Shown: positions 48,572-57,110 of the stretch, piece by piece
Numbering within the stretch: position 1 is the stretch's first letter
How the letters are laid out: every line of letters begins with the position of its first letter
Source of the DNA: an uncultured Pirellulales bacterium
GTDB lineage: Bacteria; Planctomycetota; Phycisphaerae; Sedimentisphaerales; Anaerobacaceae
Direction of reading: 5' to 3'
NCBI GenBank assembly: GCA_964462515.1
Contig: CAYWXK010000013.1
Coordinates: forward strand, 4,675 to 68,674
Length of the DNA stretch: 64,000 bases
Notes under the pieces: model-generated
What the model was told of the DNA's origin: nothing
Databases searched by the model: none
The model's input: the letters and a program-made list of their open reading frames with translations, nothing else
Translations under genes and position numbers: made by a program

Positions 48572-48781
48572 ATGGCAGAGAACATTTTGTATTACGGCGA
48601 TAACCTGGAAATACTCCGCCGCTATATCGAAAACGAATCCGTTGACCTTGTCTATCTTGACCCGCCTTTAAACTCGGGCAACGACCAGTTAAAGACAAAC
48701 ACCGCCCTGCAAATGGAAGCAGCAAAAATAGAGTTTAAGGTTATATGTTTAGCATTTATTTTGCAAATTCGGTTCTTTTAG
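48572..48781 (+). pseudogene. truncated N-terminal fragment of a beta-class (DPPY-type) N6/N4 DNA methyltransferase
   Basis: ENILYYGDNLEILRRYIENESVDLVYLDPPLNSGND matches the N-terminal 'cut-down' motif (LYxGD...IDLIxxDPPYN) of ParB-/M.RsrI-type MTases. The ORF ends after 69 aa, and no remainder of the gene is found downstream. Confidence 0.65.
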
Positions 48782-48836
48782 CTGATAATTTCTCTGGGAA
48801 AATGAAAACCGATGATTCAAAGGGCCTAAATTCAAA

Positions 48837-51362
48837 ATGTTACAAGTAAAACAACAAATACTGGCTGGCTTCAAGAGCTGTGGATATAAAAACAATCTTC
48901 TTAAAGAAAGATATCAGTATTTTGACGGCAAAGAAAGCAAAACTGCGGAAATAGTCGGCTTTAGTCAGCCAACATATAATTCCTCCACTGCGTGCATCGC
49001 TGCAATTGATAAAACTAAATTGAATGGAAACAGGATATCATCCTATCAATTGCTTGGATGTCCGGTGTTGTTGGTTTGTGATGACAGCGGCTTACAGTTC
49101 TGGAAAAACTCCGGTACTGATGTAATACTTCACGAAGAAGTCGACACGCAAAAATTGGCAGGATTTTTTAAAAAATATGAGAAGGATTTTTCACCACAAA
49201 GCATCTACAGAGCCAAAACAATCGGGCGTGTGAAGAAAGAGTATCAACTTAGTTTTGTCGATCGCGGCTTAATGTCAATTGTCGAAGAACAGGAAGGAAA
49301 ATATTTATCTGGTCTAACTGAAAGAATTATCAGATCGCTGCGATCAGATTGTGGGACAGTTAAAGAAGATAGCAAGTTTGAGAAGTGGCTTTTTCAGGCG
49401 GGCTTCTGGCTTATTGGTGCAAAGATATTAAAAGATAAAGGCGTTGAAGGATTCAAAACACTGGAAATTTCGTCGGTGAGGGATTTGGTTAATAAAATAC
49501 AGAGACATTATAATGCGGCACAAAAACTTGATATATCAAATACCGTGCAAAGAAAAGCACTTGAAAAAGTTGCAAGAGAAATTGTAGAGCCAGTATCAAG
49601 TTTTGCTCATCTTACGACCGAGTCATTGGCTTATGTTTATGAAAATACCCTTACAAGCAAAGACACCAGAAAGGTTTTGGGGACCCATGCAACGCCTTCA
49701 TGGCTTGTTAATTATATAGTCTGGGGGGAGCTAATTGACTGGATTGAAAATATCCCCCAAGAACAAAGAGTTATTCTTGAACCAGCTTGCGGTCATGCGC
49801 CATTTTTGACTGCTGGAGCAAGATTATTAGCCGACCCTCTTCTTTACAAAGGCGATGAAAAAGGCAGGCACGATTATCTCAAACGTCATCTGACTGGGAT
49901 AGACATGGACAGCTTTGCCGAAGAAATTGCCAGATTGGCACTTACTCTGGCGGATATCCCAAACCCCAATGGATGGAAAATCCAACATTCAGACATTTAT
50001 GAAGATGATATTTTAAAAAAGGCAGCTCAAAAAGCCACAATACTCTTTTGCAACCCACCCTTTGAAAACTTTTCCACAAAAGAGAAGCAGAGATACGGCA
50101 ATGCTATTACAACCGGCAATAAAGCCGCAGAAGTTCTTGTAAAAACATTGCCCTATATGCCAGCTAATTCTGTCTTCGGGATTATTTTACCACAGGGTTT
50201 TCTTCACAAAAGAAACCTTGCTGATTTGCGAAAGTATATTTTGGACAATTTTGAATTAAGAACTATCTGCAATCTGCCAGATAAAGTTTTTGCTAAATCA
50301 GGACATTTGTCCACTGTATTATTAGGCCGTAAAACTAAATCTAAAAAGAAAATTAATTATTTGAATATAACCAAAGCCAATCTTGAAAATTTCAAAAACA
50401 CCTATCAGGCAGCCGATGCAGAATTAGTCGGCCGAGATACATTTTATGAAGCGAAAGATTACAGTTTTAGGATTCCGGAATTAAAAGAAGTCTGGGATTA
50501 TTGCAGACACCTTCCTAAGCTCAAAAAATATGTAGAAATTGGTAGAGGGATTGAATACAAAAGTGGACTGGATATTGATGATATAATGAGACATACACAA
50601 TTTCCGGGTTCTAAAAAGGGGTTTTATTCTTATGAAAAAGATACATTAATAGAACGACTCCCAAAATTAGTCTGGCTAAATGTATCTGAAAAGGTAGTCA
50701 ATACTTACGCCAAAGGGATGATATGCCAACCCTTTATATTATTAAACCGAATTAGAAGCAGTAGAACTCCTTGGAGACTAAGAGCTTGGATAGACTTTGA
50801 GGGCCATCCATGCGGGAAGGCCTTTCTCGCGGTTTTCTCAAATAAAGACATTTCTTTATATTCTATTTGGGCCCTCTTAAATTCACCTTTTGCAAATGCT
50901 TACATGTATGACCATTGTATGGCTCAAGATAATAATGAGGGCATATTAAAAAACATGCCAGTAAATTTTGAAGGCAAGGACTTGTCAAAGATAGATTCTT
51001 TGGCACAAGAATATTTCACACTTAACAGTAGCGAATATGTATTACGCGATATAAAGCACCTTAATGAAAAGAAAAGGCAATGCCTGGTAGCTATTGATGC
51101 TGAAATACTGCGATTGTACAATTTACCCCCTCGCCTCGAAAAAACGCTGCTCGACTTTTTTGAAGACATTCAGCGCAAAGGTGTAGACTTCGAGTTTGAC
51201 AGATATTACCCGGAAGGTTTCGACTCTTATATCCCTTTGTATATGTATATATCTAAAGAGTTTCGAAATTCTTCCATCGAAAACGTTAAAAAGTGGATTG
51301 AAAATAACCGTTCACCTGAAGTGATTGAGGCATTTAAGACTGCTGCTAAAATTAAGAAGTAA
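48837..51362 (+). CDS. gamma-class N6-adenine DNA methyltransferase fused to a C-terminal TRD-like region and an unassigned ~130-aa N-terminal domain (type IIG/IIL-RM-like architecture)
   Basis: Motif X GTHATPSWLVNYIVW, motif I (SAM-binding) VILEPACGHAPFLTAG and motif IV ILFCNPPF. N6-Mtase C-terminal signature GIILPQGFLHKRNLADLRKYILDNFELRTICNLPDKVF. A further 350 aa of putative target-recognition region. Visibly AT-rich compared with neighbouring genes. Confidence 0.75.
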   Translation: MLQVKQQILAGFKSCGYKNNLLKERYQYFDGKESKTAEIVGFSQPTYNSSTACIAAIDKTKLNGNRISSYQLLGCPVLLVCDDSGLQFWKNSGTDVILHEEVDTQKLAGFFKKYEKDFSPQSIYRAKTIGRVKKEYQLSFVDRGLMSIVEEQEGKYLSGLTERIIRSLRSDCGTVKEDSKFEKWLFQAGFWLIGAKILKDKGVEGFKTLEISSVRDLVNKIQRHYNAAQKLDISNTVQRKALEKVAREIVEPVSSFAHLTTESLAYVYENTLTSKDTRKVLGTHATPSWLVNYIVWGELIDWIENIPQEQRVILEPACGHAPFLTAGARLLADPLLYKGDEKGRHDYLKRHLTGIDMDSFAEEIARLALTLADIPNPNGWKIQHSDIYEDDILKKAAQKATILFCNPPFENFSTKEKQRYGNAITTGNKAAEVLVKTLPYMPANSVFGIILPQGFLHKRNLADLRKYILDNFELRTICNLPDKVFAKSGHLSTVLLGRKTKSKKKINYLNITKANLENFKNTYQAADAELVGRDTFYEAKDYSFRIPELKEVWDYCRHLPKLKKYVEIGRGIEYKSGLDIDDIMRHTQFPGSKKGFYSYEKDTLIERLPKLVWLNVSEKVVNTYAKGMICQPFILLNRIRSSRTPWRLRAWIDFEGHPCGKAFLAVFSNKDISLYSIWALLNSPFANAYMYDHCMAQDNNEGILKNMPVNFEGKDLSKIDSLAQEYFTLNSSEYVLRDIKHLNEKKRQCLVAIDAEILRLYNLPPRLEKTLLDFFEDIQRKGVDFEFDRYYPEGFDSYIPLYMYISKEFRNSSIENVKKWIENNRSPEVIEAFKTAAKIKK

Positions 51363-51365
51363 AAT

Positions 51366-51842
51366 ATGTCAGGTTATTTATTCGATACTAATATTTGGTC
51401 GTATGCCTTTGGGCAAGCAACGTTTGTTACTGATAAAATCCAAAATCTTGAAAAATCGCAGATATATCTTTCAGCAATTGTGTGGGGTGAGGTGGTTTTT
51501 GGCGCTAAATCTAATCCCAAATTCAATTTCGATGAATACAGAGAATTTATTTACAAAGATAAACCTTTAATTTTGCCTATAGATGAACATGTCGCAGAAG
51601 TGTTCGGGTCGTTGAAAGCAGAAATATTTGAGAATAAATCTGTTAGAGCTATGAGATCAAACTCAGGGAGGGCTAGCTTATTTAAAAATCCGATACCAGC
51701 GAAAGATATGGGAGTCCATGAGAATGATTTGTGGTTAGTAGCCCAAGCTCTTGCATATAATCTTGTATTAATTACAAGTGATCGTATGCATACTATTTTG
51801 GAGTTAGCTCCTAAAGAACTTAAACACGAAATATGGCAATAA
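51366..51842 (+). CDS. PIN-domain nuclease (VapC-like)
   Basis: YLFDTNIWSYAF (first Asp), AIVWGEV (Glu) and ENDLWLVAQALAYNLVLITSD (distal Asp residues) match the PIN fold. The start is 4 nt after the MTase stop. No small antitoxin-like ORF is adjacent. Confidence 0.7.
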   Translation: MSGYLFDTNIWSYAFGQATFVTDKIQNLEKSQIYLSAIVWGEVVFGAKSNPKFNFDEYREFIYKDKPLILPIDEHVAEVFGSLKAEIFENKSVRAMRSNSGRASLFKNPIPAKDMGVHENDLWLVAQALAYNLVLITSDRMHTILELAPKELKHEIWQ

Positions 51843-52564
51843 ATTCAGCATGAAGGTTAAATTTGACCCGAAAGAATTTATGGCGGAAAAAAAGAATCGA
51901 AATAATGGGGACAAATAATGGGAACAGCCCGTTTTTCGACCAACTCCTCGTTTTTCCCCTTCGCCCAAACCAAAATTTACCCGCCGACTTGTCCGGCGTA
52001 GCGCAAGCGGAGTCGGAAGATTTATCGAAGGCGGGCTTGCCCGCCGTTCTTTCGCTTTAAGGCATCTCTCCGTAGGAGTAAAAAATTCAAAGCATAAACC
52101 CGATTGAAACTTGTTTCAGAAAGGGTTTAATTTGAATTTAAGGTGCATTTATGCACTGCCTTAAAGCAACTCTCTGTGGCCTCGGTGCCTGTCCTGAGCG
52201 CAGTCGAAGGGACCTCTGTGGCTAAATTTTTTTATGATATCGTTAGATTTTTATTGAATAAATAGGCATAATCTGGTATAATGCACACGCAATTGGAGGG
52301 AATAACTCCCGCCAGGAGCGGCAAGCTCGCGGAGAACCGCACGCTAAGGAACAGCAGTTCCATGAATTAGTCCATTTTAGCCGCAAAAAAGGTTCAGAAT
52401 GATAAAATCTTATGAAAAACGCAGTGCTTAATATACTTACTGAAAATTCGTGTTTATTCGTGGTTACTTTTGTGCCTTTTGTGATGAAAATAATCTGTGT
52501 TAATCTGCGTAATCTGTGGTTCCCTTTCTGTCTTTGTGTCTTGGTGGCTTTGTGGCTATGAGTC

Positions 52565-52795
52565 AATTATGCAAAACAAAGCCAATTTGCTGGACACTCA
52601 AATGAACGTAACCTCCGCCTATATAACCAGTTACCAATTACCAATAACCAATTACCAATATGCAAAACAAACCCAAACAAAGCCAATTTCCGGAGCAACA
52701 AAATGAACACAACCTTCTTATTAACAAATGATTATGAACAAATAACTATGAACAATGAACCAATAAAAACAAACCCAAACAAACCCAACTTGTAG
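52565..52795. repeat. A/C-rich low-complexity tandem repeats (caaacaaagccaatt units; taccaat heptamer x4)
   Basis: ttaccaattaccaataaccaattaccaata (52631-52660). Two imperfect copies of gcaaaacaaa(cccaaacaa)agccaattt...aaatgaac at about 52568 and 52662. caaacccaaacaaacccaac at 52770. Confidence 0.6.
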
Positions 52796-52935
52796 TGAGC
52801 TTGTCGAATCTATTTCAAACATAACCCTGCAAAAGTGGGGCATCGCCAGTTCTTGTTTATTGACAAAATCAAGGCTTTAGGATATTATATAATTAAGATT
52901 TGCTGCGAGGAATCTTTATTTGAAAGAGAAAGGCT

Positions 52936-53919
52936 ATGGACATAGGAAAAGACAGCCTGCTGCAGCGATATAAGTGGCACATTGTCATTATATGCGCGGC
53001 GCTGGTGATTGTAGTTTTGCTGGCACTTTTTACTGATATATTCCAGAGGTCAGAGAGATTGCAGAACCTGGTATGGCTGCTTGGCGCTTTAGTGTTTTTA
53101 AGCGCTCTGTTGACGATGCTGTCGAGGTCAATTAAGATGCTCGATGCGCTTCGAGATAACAGCTCAAAACTTGAACAAGTTACGGGTGCCCTTGAAAAAA
53201 TTCATGCGGGTTTAGCACAGATAAATCACAGCACCCGGCTCAGCGAGACTGCGAAAGCGATTGCGTTCCGCGACGTGGATAAACAATCTTTGCGAGAGGC
53301 CGTTTTTGACAAGCTTCAGCAGCACAATTTTGACGCGGCATACGATGTAATTGGAGAAATTGCAAAGCGTCCTGAATATAAAGACCTGGCCGATGAATTG
53401 CGCCAGCAGGCAGAAAACTATCAAACTGCAACTGAGCAGGAACGGATAAATCAGGTCATTACACACATTGAGACTCTGATGAACGAGTTCCAGTGGGTCA
53501 GGGCAAGCAGCCATATTGAAGGGTTAATCAATGCTAATCCGGACTGCGAAAGGGCAAAGGCGATGCGGCAAGAGCTGCTCGATAAGAAAGAGGGACGCAA
53601 AAGGACGTTGCTGGCTGACTGGGATGATGCCGTTAAACGGCAGGAAACAGACCGCGGTCTGGAGATTCTAAAAGAGCTTGATATGTACCTTACTCCTAAT
53701 GAGGCGTTAGCCCTTCAGGAGGCGGCGAGGGACGTTTTCCGCACAAAGCTGCACAATCTCGGCGTCCAGTTCTCTATTGCCGTTGCCGAGAAGCGGTGGA
53801 CCGAAGCTCTCGATATCGGCGGGCAGATTATCACCGACTTTCCCAACAGCAAAATGGCTGAGGAAATCCGCACTAAAATTGACATCCTCCAGCAAAAGGT
53901 CCAGTTGCAGCAGAGCTAA
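52936..53919 (+). CDS. membrane-anchored coiled-coil/TPR-like protein (hypothetical)
   Basis: Two N-terminal TM helices, then an alpha-helical region of about 250 aa. No catalytic motif. Confidence 0.45.
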   Translation: MDIGKDSLLQRYKWHIVIICAALVIVVLLALFTDIFQRSERLQNLVWLLGALVFLSALLTMLSRSIKMLDALRDNSSKLEQVTGALEKIHAGLAQINHSTRLSETAKAIAFRDVDKQSLREAVFDKLQQHNFDAAYDVIGEIAKRPEYKDLADELRQQAENYQTATEQERINQVITHIETLMNEFQWVRASSHIEGLINANPDCERAKAMRQELLDKKEGRKRTLLADWDDAVKRQETDRGLEILKELDMYLTPNEALALQEAARDVFRTKLHNLGVQFSIAVAEKRWTEALDIGGQIITDFPNSKMAEEIRTKIDILQQKVQLQQS

Positions 53920-53987
53920 ACGCTTGACATTTTACCTCTTTGAATCTGAACTTGGTTGTAAATTGTCAAATTCTATTCCTGGTCGGC

Positions 53988-55010
53988 TTAAGGCGAAACA
54001 GCCGGAACAGAGGCCGGCGTATCTACCTTTTCCTTTTTGAGCGGTGCGGTCCATAGATAGACTTTGTGTTCGACATTGTCATCACTGGAAGTGATGTCGA
54101 TTACCTGGTCAGGCGTTACTCCTTCCATTGCGAAATCGTGAGAGACAATCCGCGAACCCGGCTTGAGCTTGTCTAACTGCGGTATCAGCTTAACATTCAG
54201 GCTCGGAAGCAGGTAAAGGGTGATTACGTTTGCTTTGCTGAGGTCGAGAGTGAATATGTCTTTCTGCTCGATTGTGACCAAGTGGCCGACGTTGTGTTTT
54301 TCTACATTTTCAAGGGATTCTTTAATGCGCTGAGGGTCGATGTCGTAACCTACGGCTATGCAGCCAAACTTCTGGGCTGCTGTTACCACGATTCGGCCGT
54401 CACCACAGCCCAGGTCATAGAGTAAATCGTCCTTTTTGACCTGGGCTAACTCCAGCATTTTGTCCACGACCTCTTGCGGCGTAGGGACAAAAACGACGTC
54501 CGGAGTCCGGAGTTTCTGGACTTCCTTCTTTGGCTTCGGGATTGTCGGCAAAAGCAGTTCGGCTTCGTTTTCTAAAGGCAGCTCAATTAAGCCAAAGGGA
54601 GGCGTATCAGCCGTGAGAGTTAACTGTGCTTTGTAAGGGATTGTTGAGCCCGGTGTAACGTCCTTGAGGGAATTCAACATCTCTATGTAGTTGACTTTGA
54701 CCGGCAGCGAAACTATCTCTTTGCTGCTGGGCGATATTGCGGTTTGGAGGTTAGTGCTGCCTGAAAGGAATGTATTGTCGCCGTTGGTAAGGCGATAGTT
54801 TAGATTTGTCAGCGGTAAGCTTACCGCGTAAGGATTCTCAATTTCAAGGTCGAATAACAGCATTGCCGATTTCGGCCTGACGTTCTGAAATTTAATGTCT
54901 ATTATTTGACCAGTAGGTTTGGGGGGCGGTGCTTTGTGTGTTGTTTCACACCCTGCAAAAAAAGTTGCCATCAGGGACAATAATGCAATTAGATATTTTG
55001 TAGTTCTCAT
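53988..55010 (-). CDS. lipoprotein: LEA_2/WHy-like beta-sandwich domain fused to class I SAM-dependent methyltransferase
   Basis: Lipobox LMATFFAGC. WHy/LEA-14-like region (IDIKFQNVRPKSAMLLFDLEIENPYAVSLPLTNLNYRL...). SAM motif I LYDLGCGDGRIVVTAAQ and the downstream acidic post-I motif. Confidence 0.6.
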   Translation of the reverse strand: MRTTKYLIALLSLMATFFAGCETTHKAPPPKPTGQIIDIKFQNVRPKSAMLLFDLEIENPYAVSLPLTNLNYRLTNGDNTFLSGSTNLQTAISPSSKEIVSLPVKVNYIEMLNSLKDVTPGSTIPYKAQLTLTADTPPFGLIELPLENEAELLLPTIPKPKKEVQKLRTPDVVFVPTPQEVVDKMLELAQVKKDDLLYDLGCGDGRIVVTAAQKFGCIAVGYDIDPQRIKESLENVEKHNVGHLVTIEQKDIFTLDLSKANVITLYLLPSLNVKLIPQLDKLKPGSRIVSHDFAMEGVTPDQVIDITSSDDNVEHKVYLWTAPLKKEKVDTPASVPAVSP

Positions 55011-55514
55011 AGTTTCTACCTCTTTCAAAAAAGTTTAGCGATATACCCTAACACTGACCCAGTTTTTCACAAAACCCGGATTTTATCCGAAACTATCCTA
55101 AAGTCTATAAAAAAATTTTCAAAAATGGAGCATATCACTGGCTGTCAAACCATTTCTCGAATGTCGTAAGCTGTTTGTCCGCATAGTGTTATCCTACTTA
55201 CAAAAACACGCAGATTTCTAATGGTATGCCCAAGCGTTTGGAATAATTTGCCCAAACTTTCCTAAGCAGCCTTAAAAGACGTGAGCAAAAAGAACACCAT
55301 CAGGTCTATATTGTGGGCTTATTGTCCTACTTGAAAAGAAAGGACATCGAGTCGATTGCCTACCTCCACGATAGCGTAACTGTTACTCGCTTATTTCTTC
55401 AAGCCAGTGACAAGCCAATAATTTTTACCGCAGAGTGCGCGGAGCGCGCTGAGATTATATTTCAATTTTTTCTCCGCGACCTCGGCGGTCTCTGCGGTTA
55501 ATGAGAAATTCGGG

Positions 55515-56870
55515 CTAATTCTCTTCAAGCCAGTGAAATGCAATAAAGGAAAAATCTTCGAAATTGACCTCGCAGTCACCATTGATGTCGCCGGCGACGA
55601 TTGTTTCGCAAACAGGTTCGCCGAAGTATGATTTGCTTGCCTCTTCTGTGCCACCGTAGGCACCCATATTTATAATCCCACCATTGGGGAACGGCTCTAA
55701 GCCGATAGGACTTGCAGGGTCGCCGGCATCAATGCACGGACTTGTAACATCATCCTTCGTCCATCGTCCTTCGTTTGCATCCCATCGTCCTGCTTGTGAT
55801 TTTAAGTGGTAATCACCATTCGTAGCATCTGTAAATAAAGGGTCTGTCGTAATGTTTCCTATTCCTTCACCCTGCCAATCTTGAATACAGGAATAAGAAG
55901 GCACAGAACAATCGATTATTTGTGAATCTGTATATCTGGCCTTGTTCTGCCAGATAATACAATTTGCAATAACGCCACTACAATTGCTCAATCCCGCTCC
56001 CCAGTAGTATACCTCGTTGCCAGAGATAGTATTATTCTCAATTTCGCCATTGCACTTGTACAACCCACCACCCACACCGTATGTTGAGTTACCATAAATC
56101 ACATTATTACGGATACTTGCACTGCAGTAGGCCAGTCCGCCGCCATGACTATTGGCTCTGTTATGTGAGACCGTATTGCCTTGGATGACACCATCACAGC
56201 TACACAGACCACCGCCCAAATAACCTGCTTTGTTATTGGTGATAATATTTTTTTGGATACTTCCATCGCAGTCGGCGAGACCACCACCATACATGGCTCC
56301 ATTCCCACTTATAAGACAGTTAATAATCTCGCCATCACATCCAGCAACTCCACCTCCACTACCAGCTCCTAGTAGTGGCCAACTGAAAGCCATACTATTT
56401 ATGATGCGGCAGTTGATAATTTTCGGCCCGCTCCCACTCTCACAATATATGGCGCCACCAAGACTTCCTAAAGCTTGAGTAACGTAACCATTGCAAATTG
56501 TGACTCCATTCAATTCGGAACTTAGATTTTCACCACTATGGAAATAAAATCCTCGGTGTGGATTCTCCTGTGTGCCGTTGCAGTCGATTATTGTCGTAGC
56601 GACGATGTTCGGGTCGTTTGGGTCTGCGCTGCGGACAGTAATGGCCTTTCCCTTAAAATCAATGTCGCGGTTTCCATCGACCGTGTATGTCCCAGCAGAC
56701 ACGATTACGACATCGCCATCGTTGGCATCATCAATCGCAGCCTGAATGGTATTAAAATCATAGCCACCTCCCTGGCCGACTGTAATCGTCCGCCCCTGCG
56801 CTATTCCTGCCGCCACTAATAGGAACATCCCCACCGCCAGCCCCCATAAGATTGTCAATTTCCGCTTCAT
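55515..56870 (-). CDS. secreted right-handed beta-helix repeat protein (paralog) with C-terminal dockerin-like repeat
   Basis: Signal peptide MKRKLTILWGLAVGMFLLVAAGIAQG and beta-helix units. Its C-terminal module is nearly identical to that of the 43310-45271 product. Start refined to the ATG at 56870. Confidence 0.8.
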   Translation of the reverse strand: MKRKLTILWGLAVGMFLLVAAGIAQGRTITVGQGGGYDFNTIQAAIDDANDGDVVIVSAGTYTVDGNRDIDFKGKAITVRSADPNDPNIVATTIIDCNGTQENPHRGFYFHSGENLSSELNGVTICNGYVTQALGSLGGAIYCESGSGPKIINCRIINSMAFSWPLLGAGSGGGVAGCDGEIINCLISGNGAMYGGGLADCDGSIQKNIITNNKAGYLGGGLCSCDGVIQGNTVSHNRANSHGGGLAYCSASIRNNVIYGNSTYGVGGGLYKCNGEIENNTISGNEVYYWGAGLSNCSGVIANCIIWQNKARYTDSQIIDCSVPSYSCIQDWQGEGIGNITTDPLFTDATNGDYHLKSQAGRWDANEGRWTKDDVTSPCIDAGDPASPIGLEPFPNGGIINMGAYGGTEEASKSYFGEPVCETIVAGDINGDCEVNFEDFSFIAFHWLEEN

Positions 56871-57110
56871 TTTCCCATCTCCAACTATTGCCTCTCTTAA
56901 GTCAAAGAGCAAATATCGGTCGGTGTGTTCTTCCAATGCTTATTTTCTCACAACTACCATTTAATCAAAAACAGTTATCTATGTCAACTACAAAATCCCC
57001 AAAATGCAAAGAAATGTCAAAACCAGGTGGGAAAAAACAGTGAAAAATCACTTGCATTTATCGCTGTATTTGCGCAGACTTTCTGTGAGTAGGTTATAAG
57101 AGGTTGAATA

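Noticed and set aside
51863-52566. ORFs 51863-52060 (+) and 52243-52566 (-) right of the PIN gene
   Set aside because: No RBS and low-complexity basic translations. They overlap hairpin and CCAAT-repeat sequence. They were checked as possible C-terminal remnants of the truncated MTase, but no MTase motifs (for example S/D-PPY second half or a SAM motif) are present.
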